Assembly: GCA_965261735.1 (NCBI GenBank)
Contig: OZ253470.1
Coordinates: 4,608,001-4,672,000 of the forward strand
DNA from: Alphaproteobacteria bacterium
GTDB taxonomy: Bacteria; Pseudomonadota; Alphaproteobacteria; SHVV01
Length of the DNA: 64,000 nucleotides
Reading direction: 5' to 3'
Made by a program: the position numbers and the translations under genes. Of the stretch, positions 1 through 10,925 are shown one piece after another (positions within the stretch are counted from its first letter, which is position 1; each line of letters starts with the position of its first letter). Below the pieces are notes generated by a model. The model made no database searches. It was not told the DNA's origin and saw only the letters and a list, made by a program, of their open reading frames with translations.

Positions 1-2
1 GC

Positions 3-419
3 AACCCTCTCGTCGGCGCCAACGACGACGACTTCGGGCCGCGCTTTACGGACATGAGCGGGGCGTACGATCCGGAGTTGCGCGAGCGCCTTGCGCACGC
101 GGCCGACCAACTCTCGATCCCGCTGCACGGAGGCATCTATGTCGGATGCCTGGGGCCCCATTTCGAAACCCCGGCCGAGATTCGCGGCTTCCGCACGCTG
201 GGCGCCGACGCGGTCGGCATGTCGACGGTCCCAGAGGTGCTGATCGCACGCCACTGCGGGTTGCGCGTCGCGGCACTATCGATCCTGACCAACCAGGCCG
301 CCGGAATGGGAACGGCGCCGATCAGCCACGACGAAACATTGCAAGCCGCTGAGCGGGCGGCGAGCGACCTCTCGCGCCTGATCGTTGGCTTTCTCGATGG
401 GCTTTCGCGCTCGCCCTGA
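3..419 (+). CDS. Purine-nucleoside phosphorylase, 5'-truncated by the window edge
   Basis: Frame open from base 3: NPLVGANDDDFGPRFTDMSGAYD...GPHFETPAE...GADAVGMSTVPE...TN, typical of trimeric PNP (PunA/XapA); heads the deo cluster. Confidence 0.9.
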   Translation, partial: NPLVGANDDDFGPRFTDMSGAYDPELRERLAHAADQLSIPLHGGIYVGCLGPHFETPAEIRGFRTLGADAVGMSTVPEVLIARHCGLRVAALSILTNQAAGMGTAPISHDETLQAAERAASDLSRLIVGFLDGLSRSP

Positions 420-495
420 TCGGCAATCTCGAGCACACTGCCCGCATGGAATTGCAAGGCTGTGGCATGTCGCTTCGCCGCCCCGGCGGGCGACA

Positions 496-1515
496 ATGAG
501 CGACACCAACATGTCCGGCAATGTGAGATCCGGTCCCTGGGACGGGACGGAGAAGCACGCCGAAACGGCGCGCCGCAATCCGGGAACCGCGCTGCAGCCG
601 GACTGGCTCGAGGAGGTTCGGGCCAACCGCAGTGCCGTGGAACGCCGAGCCGCCACGCTGACGACCCGCCGTAGCATCAAGAAGGAGTGGCAGGCCGCCT
701 GGCTCCTCAAGGCGATTACGACGATCGATCTCACCACGTTGGCCGGCGACGACACGCCCGCCAAGGTTCAGCGCCTGTGCGCTAAGGCCCGGCAGCCGGT
801 GCGGCGCGATCTACTCGCTGGGCTCGGGATGGAGGAGCGGCCGCTGACCGTCGGGGCGGTCTGCGTCTACCACACGATGCTGGATGCGGCGCTTTCCAGC
901 CTCGATGGTAGCGGCATCCCCGTGGCGGTCGTTTCCGCGGGCTTTCCCGCCGGCCTGTCACCTCTTGCGGAGCGGGTGCGCGAGGTCGAGGCTTCGGTGG
1001 CGGCGGGCGCGGACGAGATCGACATCGTCATCAACCGGGGCCACGTGCTGACCGGCAACTGGCAGGCGCTCTATGACGAGGTGCGCGCGTTCCGCGAGGC
1101 CTGTGCGGTGGCCCACCTGAAAACCATCATTGGCACCGGCGATCTCGCGATCCTGCGCAACGTGGCCCGAGCGAGCCTGGTCTGCATGATGGCCGGCGCC
1201 GACTTCATCAAGACCTCCACCGGCAAGGAGCCCGTCAACGCGACTCTGCCCGTGAGCCTCGTGATGGTGCGAACGATCCGCGACTACGCAGAACGCACCG
1301 GCTTTCGGGTCGGCTTCAAGGCCGCCGGCGGTATCAACACCGCCAAGGGGGCGCTCGGCTACCTTACCCTGATGAAGGAGGAGCTCGGGCGCCCATGGCT
1401 CGAGCCGACCCTGTTCCGCCTCGGCGCCTCCAGCCTGCTGGCGGACATCGAGCGCCAGCTCGAATACCACGTGACCGGGCGCTACTCGGCCTTCAATCGA
1501 CATCCCACGGCTTAG
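496..1515 (+). CDS. deoC: Deoxyribose-phosphate aldolase
   Basis: IDLTTL, EIDIVI, FIKTSTGK, GFKAAGG, RLGASSLL motifs; start ATG 496 chosen (511 possible). Confidence 0.93.
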   Translation: MSDTNMSGNVRSGPWDGTEKHAETARRNPGTALQPDWLEEVRANRSAVERRAATLTTRRSIKKEWQAAWLLKAITTIDLTTLAGDDTPAKVQRLCAKARQPVRRDLLAGLGMEERPLTVGAVCVYHTMLDAALSSLDGSGIPVAVVSAGFPAGLSPLAERVREVEASVAAGADEIDIVINRGHVLTGNWQALYDEVRAFREACAVAHLKTIIGTGDLAILRNVARASLVCMMAGADFIKTSTGKEPVNATLPVSLVMVRTIRDYAERTGFRVGFKAAGGINTAKGALGYLTLMKEELGRPWLEPTLFRLGASSLLADIERQLEYHVTGRYSAFNRHPTA

Positions 1516-1518
1516 CCC

Positions 1519-3915
1519 ATGAGCACGATCGCGGAAATCTTCGACTCGATGGACTACGGGCCGGCGCACGAAAGCGCGGACCTGGCCAAAGCCTGGCTCG
1601 AGGAGCGCGGCGGAAGGGTGTCGCTGTTCATCGGCAACGAGTGGGCGGCGCCCAAGACGGGCGTCTTCTTCGATAGCGTCAACCCGGCGACCGGAAAGCC
1701 GATCGGGCAGGTCCCACAAGCCGGTCCGGAGGACGTGGAGGCGGCGGTCGCCGCGGGCCGCGCGGCGCAGCCCGGCTGGGCCGGCCTCGGCGGCCATGGT
1801 CGCGCCCGCTTCCTCTACGGGCTCGCTCGCCTGGTCCAGAAGCACGCTCGGCTGCTCGCCGTGCTCGAGACCATGGACAACGGCAAGCCGATCCGCGAAA
1901 CCCGCGATATCGACATTCCGCTGGTTGCCCGCCACTTCTACCACCACGCCGGTTGGGCCGAGCTGTTCGAGAGCGAGTTCGCGGACTACGAGCCGGGCGG
2001 GGTCGTTGGCCAGATAATCCCGTGGAACTTCCCGCTTCTGATGCTGGCCTGGAAGATCGCGCCGGCGCTTGCCGCGGGCAACACGGTCGTGCTCAAGCCG
2101 GCGGAATTCACGAGCCTGACCGCGATCCTTTTCGCCGAGCTCTGCCTCGAAGCCGGTCTGCCGGCGGGGGTCGTCAACATCGTCACCGGCGACGGGCGCA
2201 CGGGCGAGGCCATCGTGCGCCATCACGACATCGACAAGATCGCGTTCACCGGATCGACCGACGTCGGGCGTTTGATCCGCGATACGACCGCCGGCACGGG
2301 CAAGGCGCTCACGCTCGAACTCGGCGGCAAGTCACCCTTCGTGGTGTTCGACGACGCCGACATCGACAGCGCGGTGGAGGGCGCGGTGGATGCGATCTGG
2401 TTCAATCAGGGCCAGGTGTGCTGCGCCGGCTCCCGCCTCCTGGTCCAGGAAAGCGTCGCCGATACGGTGTTCGCCAAGTTGAAGGCGCGCATGGAGACGC
2501 TGCGCATCGGCGATCCCCTCGACAAGGCGATCGACATCGGCGCCATCGTTGCGCCAGTGCAGCTCGAGAAGATCGAACGCCTGGTCGCACAGGGCGTGGA
2601 GGAGGGCGCGGCAGTTTGGCAGCCGAGCTGGACCTGCCCCAAGGACGGTTACTTCTATCCGCCGACGTTGCTCACCGATGTGTCACCGGCCGCCACCGTC
2701 GCCCAGGAGGAGATCTTCGGGCCGGTACTGACCGCAATGCCGTTCCGCACGCCCGCCGATGCCGTCACGCTCGCCAACAACACGCGCTACGGGCTTGCGG
2801 CCAGCGTCTGGACCGAGAATATCAATCTCGCCCTAGACATTGCGCCGCAGCTCAAATGCGGCGTGGTCTGGGTCAACTCGACCAACCTCTTCGACGGCGC
2901 CTCGGGTTTCGGCGGCTACCGCGAATCGGGCTTTGGGCGCGAGGGCGGACGTGAGGGGATGTACGCCTACGTGAGGCCGCGCTTCGAGCGCAGCCTGAGC
3001 CCGTACGAAGCGGACAGCTCTCGTCTTCCCGCTCCGGCACCGACAGCCAGATCTGCGGTCGCCGCCGCATCGGCAATCGACCGTACCGCCAAGATGTATA
3101 TCGGCGGCACACAGAAGCGTCCCGATTCAGGCTACAGCCGCCCGGTGAGCGGCCCCGATGGAGCTTTCATCGCGGACGTTGGCGATGGCAACCGCAAGGA
3201 CATCCGCGACGCGGTCGAGGCGGCGCGCGGGGCGGAGGCATGGTCCCGCGCCAGCGCCCACAACCGCGCACAGATCCTCTATTACATCGCCGAGAACCTG
3301 GAGGCCCGGGCGGCCGAGTTCTGCGACCGCATCCGCGTGCAGACTGGGGCGAAACGGGCCGCGGCGATGAAGGAGGTGGGCGCTACCATCCGACGCCTGT
3401 TCCACTATGCCGCGTGGGCCGACAAATACGACGGCGCGGTCCATTCGCCGCCGCAACGCAACGTGACGGTCGCGATGAATGAAGCCGTCGGTATTGTCGG
3501 CATCCTGTGTCCGAGCGAAGCGCCGCTGCTCGGTTTCGTCTCGCTTGTCGCGCCAGCGGTGGCGATGGGCAACCGTGTGATCGCCGTACCCTCGGAGTGG
3601 CATCCGTTATCGGCAGCCGACTTCTATCAGGTACTTGATACTTCGGACGTGCCGGGCGGCGTCCTCAACATCGTCACCGGCGCGCGCGAGCCGCTGGCCG
3701 AGGTGCTAGCGGCGCACGACGAAGTCGACGCGGTATGGTACGTCGGCCCGATCGACGGGTGCGCCGCGGTCGAGCGCCTGTCCGCCGGCAACATGAAGCA
3801 AACCTGGACGATCGCCCGCCGCCGCAACTGGTTCGATGCGGCACACGGCGAGGGGCGTGAGTTCCTGGGCCACGCGACCCAGGTCAAGAACATCTGGGTG
3901 CCCTACGGCGAATAG
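1519..3915 (+). CDS. Two-domain aldehyde dehydrogenase (ALDH16-like)
   Basis: 798 aa; [24 protein letters not shown] in the N-half; second ALDH-like half lacks the catalytic motif; 3 bp after deoC. Confidence 0.88.
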   Translation: MSTIAEIFDSMDYGPAHESADLAKAWLEERGGRVSLFIGNEWAAPKTGVFFDSVNPATGKPIGQVPQAGPEDVEAAVAAGRAAQPGWAGLGGHGRARFLYGLARLVQKHARLLAVLETMDNGKPIRETRDIDIPLVARHFYHHAGWAELFESEFADYEPGGVVGQIIPWNFPLLMLAWKIAPALAAGNTVVLKPAEFTSLTAILFAELCLEAGLPAGVVNIVTGDGRTGEAIVRHHDIDKIAFTGSTDVGRLIRDTTAGTGKALTLELGGKSPFVVFDDADIDSAVEGAVDAIWFNQGQVCCAGSRLLVQESVADTVFAKLKARMETLRIGDPLDKAIDIGAIVAPVQLEKIERLVAQGVEEGAAVWQPSWTCPKDGYFYPPTLLTDVSPAATVAQEEIFGPVLTAMPFRTPADAVTLANNTRYGLAASVWTENINLALDIAPQLKCGVVWVNSTNLFDGASGFGGYRESGFGREGGREGMYAYVRPRFERSLSPYEADSSRLPAPAPTARSAVAAASAIDRTAKMYIGGTQKRPDSGYSRPVSGPDGAFIADVGDGNRKDIRDAVEAARGAEAWSRASAHNRAQILYYIAENLEARAAEFCDRIRVQTGAKRAAAMKEVGATIRRLFHYAAWADKYDGAVHSPPQRNVTVAMNEAVGIVGILCPSEAPLLGFVSLVAPAVAMGNRVIAVPSEWHPLSAADFYQVLDTSDVPGGVLNIVTGAREPLAEVLAAHDEVDAVWYVGPIDGCAAVERLSAGNMKQTWTIARRRNWFDAAHGEGREFLGHATQVKNIWVPYGE

Positions 3916-3929
3916 CGCGGCGCTACCCC

Positions 3930-5264
3930 ATGGCCGAGTTCTTTGCGCAGGAAATCATCCGCAGGAAGCGCGACGGGCATGAGCTGAGCGGCGCCGAGAT
4001 CGCTTTCATGGCGCGCGGTATCGCCGACGGCTCGGTCGGTGAGGGCCAGGTCGCCGCCTTCGCCATGGCGGTGTACTTCCAAGGCATGTCGATGGCCGAG
4101 CGCGTGGCGCTCACGCTAGCCATGCGCGACACCGGCACCGTCGTCGATTGGCAGGACACCGCTCTGCCGGGTCCTGCGCTCGACAAACACTCGACCGGTG
4201 GCGTCGGCGATAAGGTGAGCCTGATCCTCGCGCCGGTCGTTGCCGCGTGCGGTGGATCGGTGCCGATGATCTCGGGCCGCGGCCTCGGCCACACCGGCGG
4301 CACGCTCGACAAGCTCGACGCGATCCCGGGGTACGATTCACAGCCGACGCTCGTCCGTTTCAAACAGGTCGTGGCCGAGACCGGCTGCGCGATCATTGGC
4401 CAAACCGGCGATCTCGCGCCCGCGGACGGCCGCCTCTACGCGATCCGCGATGTCACCGCGACCGTCGAATCAATCCCGCTGATCACCGCCTCAATTCTCG
4501 CCAAGAAGCTCGCCGCCGGGCTCGAGGCGCTGGTCATGGATGTGAAGACCGGCAGCGGCGCGTTCGCCGCCGAAGAGGAGACCGCCGTGACGCTCGCCGA
4601 GAGCATCTCAGCCGTGGCCGGGGGCGCCGGGTTACCCTGTGTGGCACTGATCACCGATATGGGCCAGGTGCTGGGTCGTAGTGCCGGCAATGCTCTCGAG
4701 GTGTGCGAAGCCATCGACCACCTGACGGGCGCGGCGCGCGATCCGCGCCTGGCTGAGGTCGTCGCGGCGCTCAGCGCCGAGCTCTTGGTGATGGGCGGAT
4801 TGGCGGAGGATGCGCTTGCGGCGCGGGCCCGGGTCGAGGATGCGATCGCGACGGGCATGGCCGCGGAACGCTTCGCTCGCATGGTGAGTACGCTCGGCGG
4901 CCCGAGCGACCTCGTCGATAAGCCCGACCTGCATCTGCCGCGAGCGCCCGTCGAGAGGGTACTTTCGCCCGACCACGACGGTATCGTAGCCGCGATCGAC
5001 ACGCGCGCCCTCGGCCTCGCCGTCATCGCGCTCGGCGGCGGGAGACGGCGCGCAGAGGACACCATCGACCCGGCGGTAGGTCTTTCCGAGGTGGCGGGAA
5101 TAGGCGAGCCGGTCGGTCGCGACGCGCCGATATGCCGGGTCCATGCGCGCCGCGAGTCGGATGCAGAAAACGTCCGTGGCGCTATACTCGCGGCCGTCAC
5201 CATCGGCGATGCCGCGCCCGAGATCCGCCCGGTCGTGCGCCGCCGCATCGAGCCCAACCGATGA
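3930..5264 (+). CDS. deoA: Thymidine phosphorylase
   Basis: [50 protein letters not shown]. Confidence 0.93.
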   Translation: MAEFFAQEIIRRKRDGHELSGAEIAFMARGIADGSVGEGQVAAFAMAVYFQGMSMAERVALTLAMRDTGTVVDWQDTALPGPALDKHSTGGVGDKVSLILAPVVAACGGSVPMISGRGLGHTGGTLDKLDAIPGYDSQPTLVRFKQVVAETGCAIIGQTGDLAPADGRLYAIRDVTATVESIPLITASILAKKLAAGLEALVMDVKTGSGAFAAEEETAVTLAESISAVAGGAGLPCVALITDMGQVLGRSAGNALEVCEAIDHLTGAARDPRLAEVVAALSAELLVMGGLAEDALAARARVEDAIATGMAAERFARMVSTLGGPSDLVDKPDLHLPRAPVERVLSPDHDGIVAAIDTRALGLAVIALGGGRRRAEDTIDPAVGLSEVAGIGEPVGRDAPICRVHARRESDAENVRGAILAAVTIGDAAPEIRPVVRRRIEPNR

Positions 5265-6274
5265 TCCCGAAGGCCGAGCTCCACGTCCACCTCGAAGGCA
5301 CCGCCTCGCCCGACACGGTGCGCCGGTTGGCGGCGCGCAACAGGATCGACCTGCCGGACGGCCTGTTCGATGGCGAGGGTGCGTTCGCGTGGACCGACTT
5401 CATGCAGTTCCTGGACGCCTACGATGCCGCATCGCAGGTCATCGTAACGCCCGAGGACTATCGCGACGTCACGTACGAGTACCTCGCCGCCTGCGCCGCC
5501 GAGGGCGCCATCTATGTTGAGGTGATGTCATCGCCGGACCACGCGATGGCGGCCGGCATGTCCTATCGCGACCATCTCGAGGGGACTGTCGCGGGAATAG
5601 AAGACGCGCGCGCCGATCACGACATCGAGGGCCGCCTTATCGTCACCTGTGTCCGCCATGTCGGCGTCGAGCGGGCGATGGAGGTGGCGCGCCAGGTCGT
5701 CGCCAACCCGCATCCCTTGATGGTCGGGTTCGGCATGGGCGGCGACGAGGCGGCATGGCCGCCGGCGCAGTTCGCCGACGTATTCCACTATGTCACCGCG
5801 GCCGGGCTGCCTTGCACGGTTCATGCCGGCGAATGGGCCGGTCCCGAGGGCATCCGCGAAGCGTTGGCGACGCTGCCGGTGCGACGCCTCGGCCACGGGG
5901 TGCGCGCGTGGGAGGATGCCGAGCTGGTCGCCGAGATCGTCGAGCGTGAGGTCACGCTCGAGCTCTGTCCCGGCAGCAACGTTGCCACCGGCCTCTACCT
6001 CTCACACGCGGACCACCCTCTACCGGCGCTCCATGCGGCCGGGGTCAGGACGACGCTCAACTCCGATGATCCGCCCTATTTCGCGACCTCCCTCGGCCGC
6101 GAGTACGACGCGGCGGCCAGCGAGATGGGATTGGGCGAGGACGACCTCCGCGCCATCACGCGCAATGCCATCGAAGCCGCGTTCGTCGATCCCGACACCA
6201 AGCGCCAGCTTCTCGATCGCCTCGACCGAGACGGGGTCCCGCCAACCGGCGACCAGGGCTCCGGCAACCCATGA
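5261..6274 (+). CDS. add: Adenosine/adenine deaminase
   Basis: ATGA overlap with deoA; [30 protein letters not shown]. Confidence 0.9.
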   Translation: MIPKAELHVHLEGTASPDTVRRLAARNRIDLPDGLFDGEGAFAWTDFMQFLDAYDAASQVIVTPEDYRDVTYEYLAACAAEGAIYVEVMSSPDHAMAAGMSYRDHLEGTVAGIEDARADHDIEGRLIVTCVRHVGVERAMEVARQVVANPHPLMVGFGMGGDEAAWPPAQFADVFHYVTAAGLPCTVHAGEWAGPEGIREALATLPVRRLGHGVRAWEDAELVAEIVEREVTLELCPGSNVATGLYLSHADHPLPALHAAGVRTTLNSDDPPYFATSLGREYDAAASEMGLGEDDLRAITRNAIEAAFVDPDTKRQLLDRLDRDGVPPTGDQGSGNP

Positions 6275-6948
6275 CCCGCATCAAGATCTGCTGCATCAGC
6301 AACGTCGCCGAGGCGCAGCTCGCCATCAGGCACGGCGCCCACGCGCTGGGATTGGTCTCCGCGATGCCGAGCGGGCCCGGCGTTATACCGGAATCGCCGA
6401 TCGCCGATATCGTCGCCCTCGTGCCGCCGCCCGTGGCGACGTTTCTGCTGACGAGCCATCAGGACATCGACCTGATCATCGCCCAACAGCGCCGCTGCAA
6501 GGTCAACACGCTGCAACTCGTCGACGCGCTGCCGCCAGGCAGCCACGCCAAGCTGCGCCGCGCGTTGCCCGGTGTCGGCCTCGTTCAGGTCATTCACGTC
6601 AACGGCGAGAGCACCATCGCCCAGGCCGCCGACGTGGCACCCTCGGTCGACGCCCTACTGCTCGATTCGGGGAACCCTAGTCTCGCCGTCAAGGAGCTGG
6701 GCGGTACCGGCCGCGCCCACAACTGGGACATCAGCCGCCGCCTGGTGGCCGAGGTCCCGGTCCCCGTCTTTCTTGCTGGAGGTCTGCGCGCCGGAAACGT
6801 AGCCGAGGCGTTGAACACGGTCGCCCCGTTCGGCGTCGATGTCTGCACCGGCGTGCGCACGGATGGCGCGCTCGACGACGCCAAGCTATCGGCGTTCGTC
6901 GAGGCCGCCGGTTCGTGGCGCCGCCCCGAGCGCCCGATCACTCCTTGA
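6271..6948 (+). CDS. trpF: Phosphoribosylanthranilate isomerase (TrpF) family protein
   Basis: RIKICCI, LLLDS, GGTG, FLAGGL, GVDVCTGV; ATGA overlap with add. Confidence 0.8.
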   Translation: MTRIKICCISNVAEAQLAIRHGAHALGLVSAMPSGPGVIPESPIADIVALVPPPVATFLLTSHQDIDLIIAQQRRCKVNTLQLVDALPPGSHAKLRRALPGVGLVQVIHVNGESTIAQAADVAPSVDALLLDSGNPSLAVKELGGTGRAHNWDISRRLVAEVPVPVFLAGGLRAGNVAEALNTVAPFGVDVCTGVRTDGALDDAKLSAFVEAAGSWRRPERPITP

Positions 6949-8194
6949 TGTAGGGCCTGCCGTCGGCGGCGGGCGGTCTGGCGCGGCCGATCAGGCCGGC
7001 AACGACGACGATCGTCACGACGTAGGGCGCCATGGCGAGGAATTCGGACGGGATGGGCGTCTGAATGATCGCCATCTTCTGCTGCAGCGTATCGGCGAAT
7101 CCGAAAACCAACGCCGCCGCGAGCACGCCGATCGGATGCCAACGGCCGAAGATCATGGCCGCCAATCCGATAAAGCCTCGGCCCGCGGTCATATTCTCAT
7201 CGAAGCGGCCGACGAAGCCGAGCGTGAACCAAGCGCCACCAAAGCCCGCGACCATGCCGCCCAACGTCACGTTGATGTAGCGCATCGTATAGACGTTGAT
7301 GCCGAGCGTGTCGGCCGCCCTCGGGTGCTCGCCCACGGCGCGCGCCCGCAGGCCGGTGCGCGTGTGGAATAGGTAGTAGGTAGTGATGGCGACGAGGACG
7401 AACGCTCCGTAAACGAAAAGGTTCTGCTGAAAGAAGATCGGCCCGATGACGGGAATGTCGCTGAGGCCGGGGATGCGAATGGCGCGGAAGATGGGTGCGT
7501 CATTGAGGTGCCGGTTCGCGCTTAATATTTGGCTCGTCAAATACGAGGTGAGACCCAGGACGAAGATGTTGATGGCAATACCGGCAACGATCTGATCGAC
7601 CCGGTAGGTCACCACCAGAACGGCCAGGAGTAGACCGAACAAGCCGCCGACGGCGACGGCGCTGGCCAATCCAATCCAGCTCCCGAACAGGGAGCCGGCG
7701 ACGGCGCCGGCAAAGGCGCCCGAGAGCAACATGCCTTCGATGGCGATGTTGATGACGGCAACGCGCTCGGATAGCACGCCCGCAAGTCCCCCGAGCGCGA
7801 TCGGTAGCGCTCGCACCACCGTCGACTGGAGCATGCCCGTGAGCGAGAAAGATTTGCCCGCCGTCGCCCAGGTAAGGAACGCGGTGACAAAGAGAATAAG
7901 CGCGATCCCGAGGACCAGATTGAGCCGCCGGGCATCGCCGCGGACCAGTTGCCGTACACCGAGAAAGGCCAGCGCGGCGGCGACGAAAAAGGCATAGGGG
8001 GAAGCGGCAAGGACGATGCTGCCGATGACGATCGCGTCGCCCGGTCGGCTCAACCGGAAGGTCGCGACGCCCGAGCTTCCGATCCCGAAGATGGCGGCGA
8101 CAAACACCGCCATGAGCAGCAGGATGCCGCCGATGATGAGCGACTGACGGCGTTGGCCGATGTCGAGGATCTCGGTCCTGGCTTCACCGAACAT
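6938..8194 (-). CDS. Nucleoside/sugar ABC transporter permease
   Basis: Hydrophobic; SERVAVINIAIEG, RAVGEHPRAADTLG, GRGFIGLAAMIFGRW. Confidence 0.88.
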   Translation of the reverse strand: MFGEARTEILDIGQRRQSLIIGGILLLMAVFVAAIFGIGSSGVATFRLSRPGDAIVIGSIVLAASPYAFFVAAALAFLGVRQLVRGDARRLNLVLGIALILFVTAFLTWATAGKSFSLTGMLQSTVVRALPIALGGLAGVLSERVAVINIAIEGMLLSGAFAGAVAGSLFGSWIGLASAVAVGGLFGLLLAVLVVTYRVDQIVAGIAINIFVLGLTSYLTSQILSANRHLNDAPIFRAIRIPGLSDIPVIGPIFFQQNLFVYGAFVLVAITTYYLFHTRTGLRARAVGEHPRAADTLGINVYTMRYINVTLGGMVAGFGGAWFTLGFVGRFDENMTAGRGFIGLAAMIFGRWHPIGVLAAALVFGFADTLQQKMAIIQTPIPSEFLAMAPYVVTIVVVAGLIGRARPPAADGRPYIKE

Positions 8195-8209
8195 GCGGCG
8201 TCAGAACCT

Positions 8210-9337
8210 CTACGATTCCCGGCGCCGACCGCGAAGCAGGAACGGATAGAGTTGCCGGACCAGCAGCGGTGCCGCGACGAAGATGACGATCAGCGCCTGA
8301 ATGACTGTGATGAGATCGATGCTTACGCCGGCCTGCACCTGCATCTGGCGCCCGCCGGCCTCCAGCGCTCCGAACAGGAGCCCCGCCAGCAGCACGCCGA
8401 CCGGGTGAGAGCGGCCCAGCAGGGCGACGGCGATCGCCTCGAAGCCGAGGCCGGCGGAGAAGCCCGGCGAGGCACGCCCGAGCACGCCGAGCACCTGCGT
8501 GGCGCCGGCGAGCCCGGCGAGGGCACCGCCTGCAGCCATTGCGGCCACGATCGTGCGGCCTATCCGGACGCCCGCATAGCGGGCCGTATCGGGGCTCGCG
8601 CCCGCGGCCCGGAACTCGAAGCCTATCGTGCTTCGAAACATGAACCAGGCGACGACCACCGTCATGAGCAGGGCCAAGAGGATTCCTGCATTCACCCGGT
8701 AGGTGGCGCCGAGCCAATCCAACAGGCCCGGGAGCGAGGCCGAATCCAGGACCGATTTGGAAATCGGATCGTTGCGCCCGGGCTTCTGAATCGGTGGATT
8801 GCGTAACAGATAATCGACAAGCCGCAGGGCGATGAAATTGAGCATGATCGTCGTGATGACTTCATGCGCGCCGGTGCTGGCCCGCAGCCACCCGGCGATC
8901 GATCCCCACAGGGCCCCGGCCGCGGCGCCGGCGACGAGTGCCAGCGGCAGATGAACGAGGAGGGGCAGGCCGGTAAGCGAGAAGCCGATGACGAGGGATG
9001 CCATGCCGCCCATGAGAAGTTGGCCCTCGGCGCCTATGTTGAACAAGCCGGCACGGAAGCCGATCGCGACGCCCAGGCCGGCTAGGATCAACGGCGCGGC
9101 GGCCGTGAGGGTCTCGGAAACGGCGTTCGCCGACCCGACCGACCCGTCCAGGAGGGCGACAAAGGACCGACCGATGGTCGCGATATCGATACCCGTCGCC
9201 AGCATGATGACTGCGCCCGCCGCGAGGGCGGTGATGACCGCCGCGGCCGGCAGCACAAGCACGGTGCGCACATCTATGCGGGTGGCATCGGCCCGCAACA
9301 GGTCGGCCGCGGTGGTCCCGCCGGACCGGGTACTCAT
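8210..9337 (-). CDS. Nucleoside/sugar ABC transporter permease
   Basis: GLFNIGAEGQ, HEVITTIMLN, GFEAIAVALLG. Confidence 0.88.
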   Translation of the reverse strand: MSTRSGGTTAADLLRADATRIDVRTVLVLPAAAVITALAAGAVIMLATGIDIATIGRSFVALLDGSVGSANAVSETLTAAAPLILAGLGVAIGFRAGLFNIGAEGQLLMGGMASLVIGFSLTGLPLLVHLPLALVAGAAAGALWGSIAGWLRASTGAHEVITTIMLNFIALRLVDYLLRNPPIQKPGRNDPISKSVLDSASLPGLLDWLGATYRVNAGILLALLMTVVVAWFMFRSTIGFEFRAAGASPDTARYAGVRIGRTIVAAMAAGGALAGLAGATQVLGVLGRASPGFSAGLGFEAIAVALLGRSHPVGVLLAGLLFGALEAGGRQMQVQAGVSIDLITVIQALIVIFVAAPLLVRQLYPFLLRGRRRES

Positions 9338-10839
9338 CCGGTGGCCCCGGCCATGGCCAGCCCGATACGCCCGACATCGGCCTCGGCGCCGTCAAATTCG
9401 GCCGAGATGCGACCGCGATACATGACGAGAATGCGGTCGGCGAGCGCCAGAATCTCGTCCAGCTCCGTCGACACGATGAGAACCCCGACTCCCGCATCGC
9501 GCGCGGCCACGATCCGCTGGTGGATGTACTCGATCGACCCGACGTCGATGCCGCGGGTCGGCTGTGCGGCAACGATGAGGCGAATGTCGCGCGAGAACTC
9601 GCGGGCGACTACGAGCTTCTGCTGGTTGCCGCCGGACAGAAACTGCGTCGGTGTAAAGACCGACGGCGTGCGCACGTCGAAGTCTGCCGCCATCTGTGCC
9701 GCCGTCTCGTTGACGTCGTTCCAGCGCAGCCGGACGCCGCTCGAGTAGCGCGGCTCATAATAGGCATCCAGCGCCATGTTCTCGGCGACGATGAACTCGG
9801 CGATAACGCCGGAGCGTTGGCGATCCTCGGGCACGTGCGCCATGCCGATCTGGTGGTGCCGCCGGGGCGAGGTTTGGGTGACATCGATCCCCATCAAATC
9901 GATGCGGCCCGAGGCGACCGGTCGCAATCCGGCAATCGCCTCGACCAGCTCCGTTTGGCCGTTCCCCTGCACGCCAGCGATGCTGACGATCTCGCCCGCG
10001 CGCACCCGCAGATCGATGTCGTCCACCGCAGCGTCACCGTGCTCGCCGAGTACCCGCAGGCTGCGGACGTCGAGCATCACATCTCCCGGCTCGCGCGCCC
10101 GCTTGTCCACGGCCAGCACCACCGGGCGCCCGACCATCATCTCCGCCAGCGCGACTTCGCTCAGCTCGCTTACGTCGCCCTTGTCGACGACGGTGCCGGC
10201 GCGAAGGATCTCGATGCGGTCGGCGACGTCGATCACCTCGCGAAGCTTATGCGTAATGAAGACGATGGCCTTTCCCGCGTCGCGCAGCGCACGAATGACC
10301 TCGAAGAACTCGGTCACATCCTGTGGAGTGAGGACCGCCGTGGGCTCGTCGAAGATAAGCACCTCGGCCGCCCGGAAGAGGACTTTGAGGATCTCGACCC
10401 GCTGCTGGAGTCCCACCGGAAGGTTCTCTACGACCGCGTCGGGATCGACCTCGAGTCCGTAGCGCTGGCTGATGGAGCGAACCTGCTCCCGGGCTTGACG
10501 GATGTTCAGTGAATCGAGCGGCCCGGTGGGTTCGACGCCGAGAACGACGTTCTCCGCGACGGTGAACACCGGCACCAGCATGAAGTGCTGGTGGACCATG
10601 CCGATGCCAGCGGCGATGGCGTCGCCGGGGCTGTCGAAGAAGACCGGCTTACCGTCGACCAGGATGTCTCCCGAGTCCGGCCTGTAGAGACCGTACAGGA
10701 TGTTCATCAGGGTCGTCTTGCCGGCCCCGTTCTCGCCCAGCAGGCCGAGAATCTCGCCGGGCCGGATGGCGAGGCTCACGGAGTCGTTCGCGACCGTCTC
10801 ACCGAATTGCTTGGTGATAGCGCGGAGTTCGACGTCCAT
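9334..10839 (-). CDS. Nucleoside/sugar ABC transporter ATP-binding protein (two ABC domains)
   Basis: GENGAGKT, DEPTAVL, LSGGNQQK, QPTRGIDVG. Confidence 0.92.
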   Translation of the reverse strand: MDVELRAITKQFGETVANDSVSLAIRPGEILGLLGENGAGKTTLMNILYGLYRPDSGDILVDGKPVFFDSPGDAIAAGIGMVHQHFMLVPVFTVAENVVLGVEPTGPLDSLNIRQAREQVRSISQRYGLEVDPDAVVENLPVGLQQRVEILKVLFRAAEVLIFDEPTAVLTPQDVTEFFEVIRALRDAGKAIVFITHKLREVIDVADRIEILRAGTVVDKGDVSELSEVALAEMMVGRPVVLAVDKRAREPGDVMLDVRSLRVLGEHGDAAVDDIDLRVRAGEIVSIAGVQGNGQTELVEAIAGLRPVASGRIDLMGIDVTQTSPRRHHQIGMAHVPEDRQRSGVIAEFIVAENMALDAYYEPRYSSGVRLRWNDVNETAAQMAADFDVRTPSVFTPTQFLSGGNQQKLVVAREFSRDIRLIVAAQPTRGIDVGSIEYIHQRIVAARDAGVGVLIVSTELDEILALADRILVMYRGRISAEFDGAEADVGRIGLAMAGATG

Positions 10840-10925
10840 GATCCGGCCCCCTCCCCGCCGCGCAAGCGAAGCAGGACCCGACCGGGCCCTGCCTCAACGA
10901 CGCGATCACCTCAAAGGCGAGCGGG

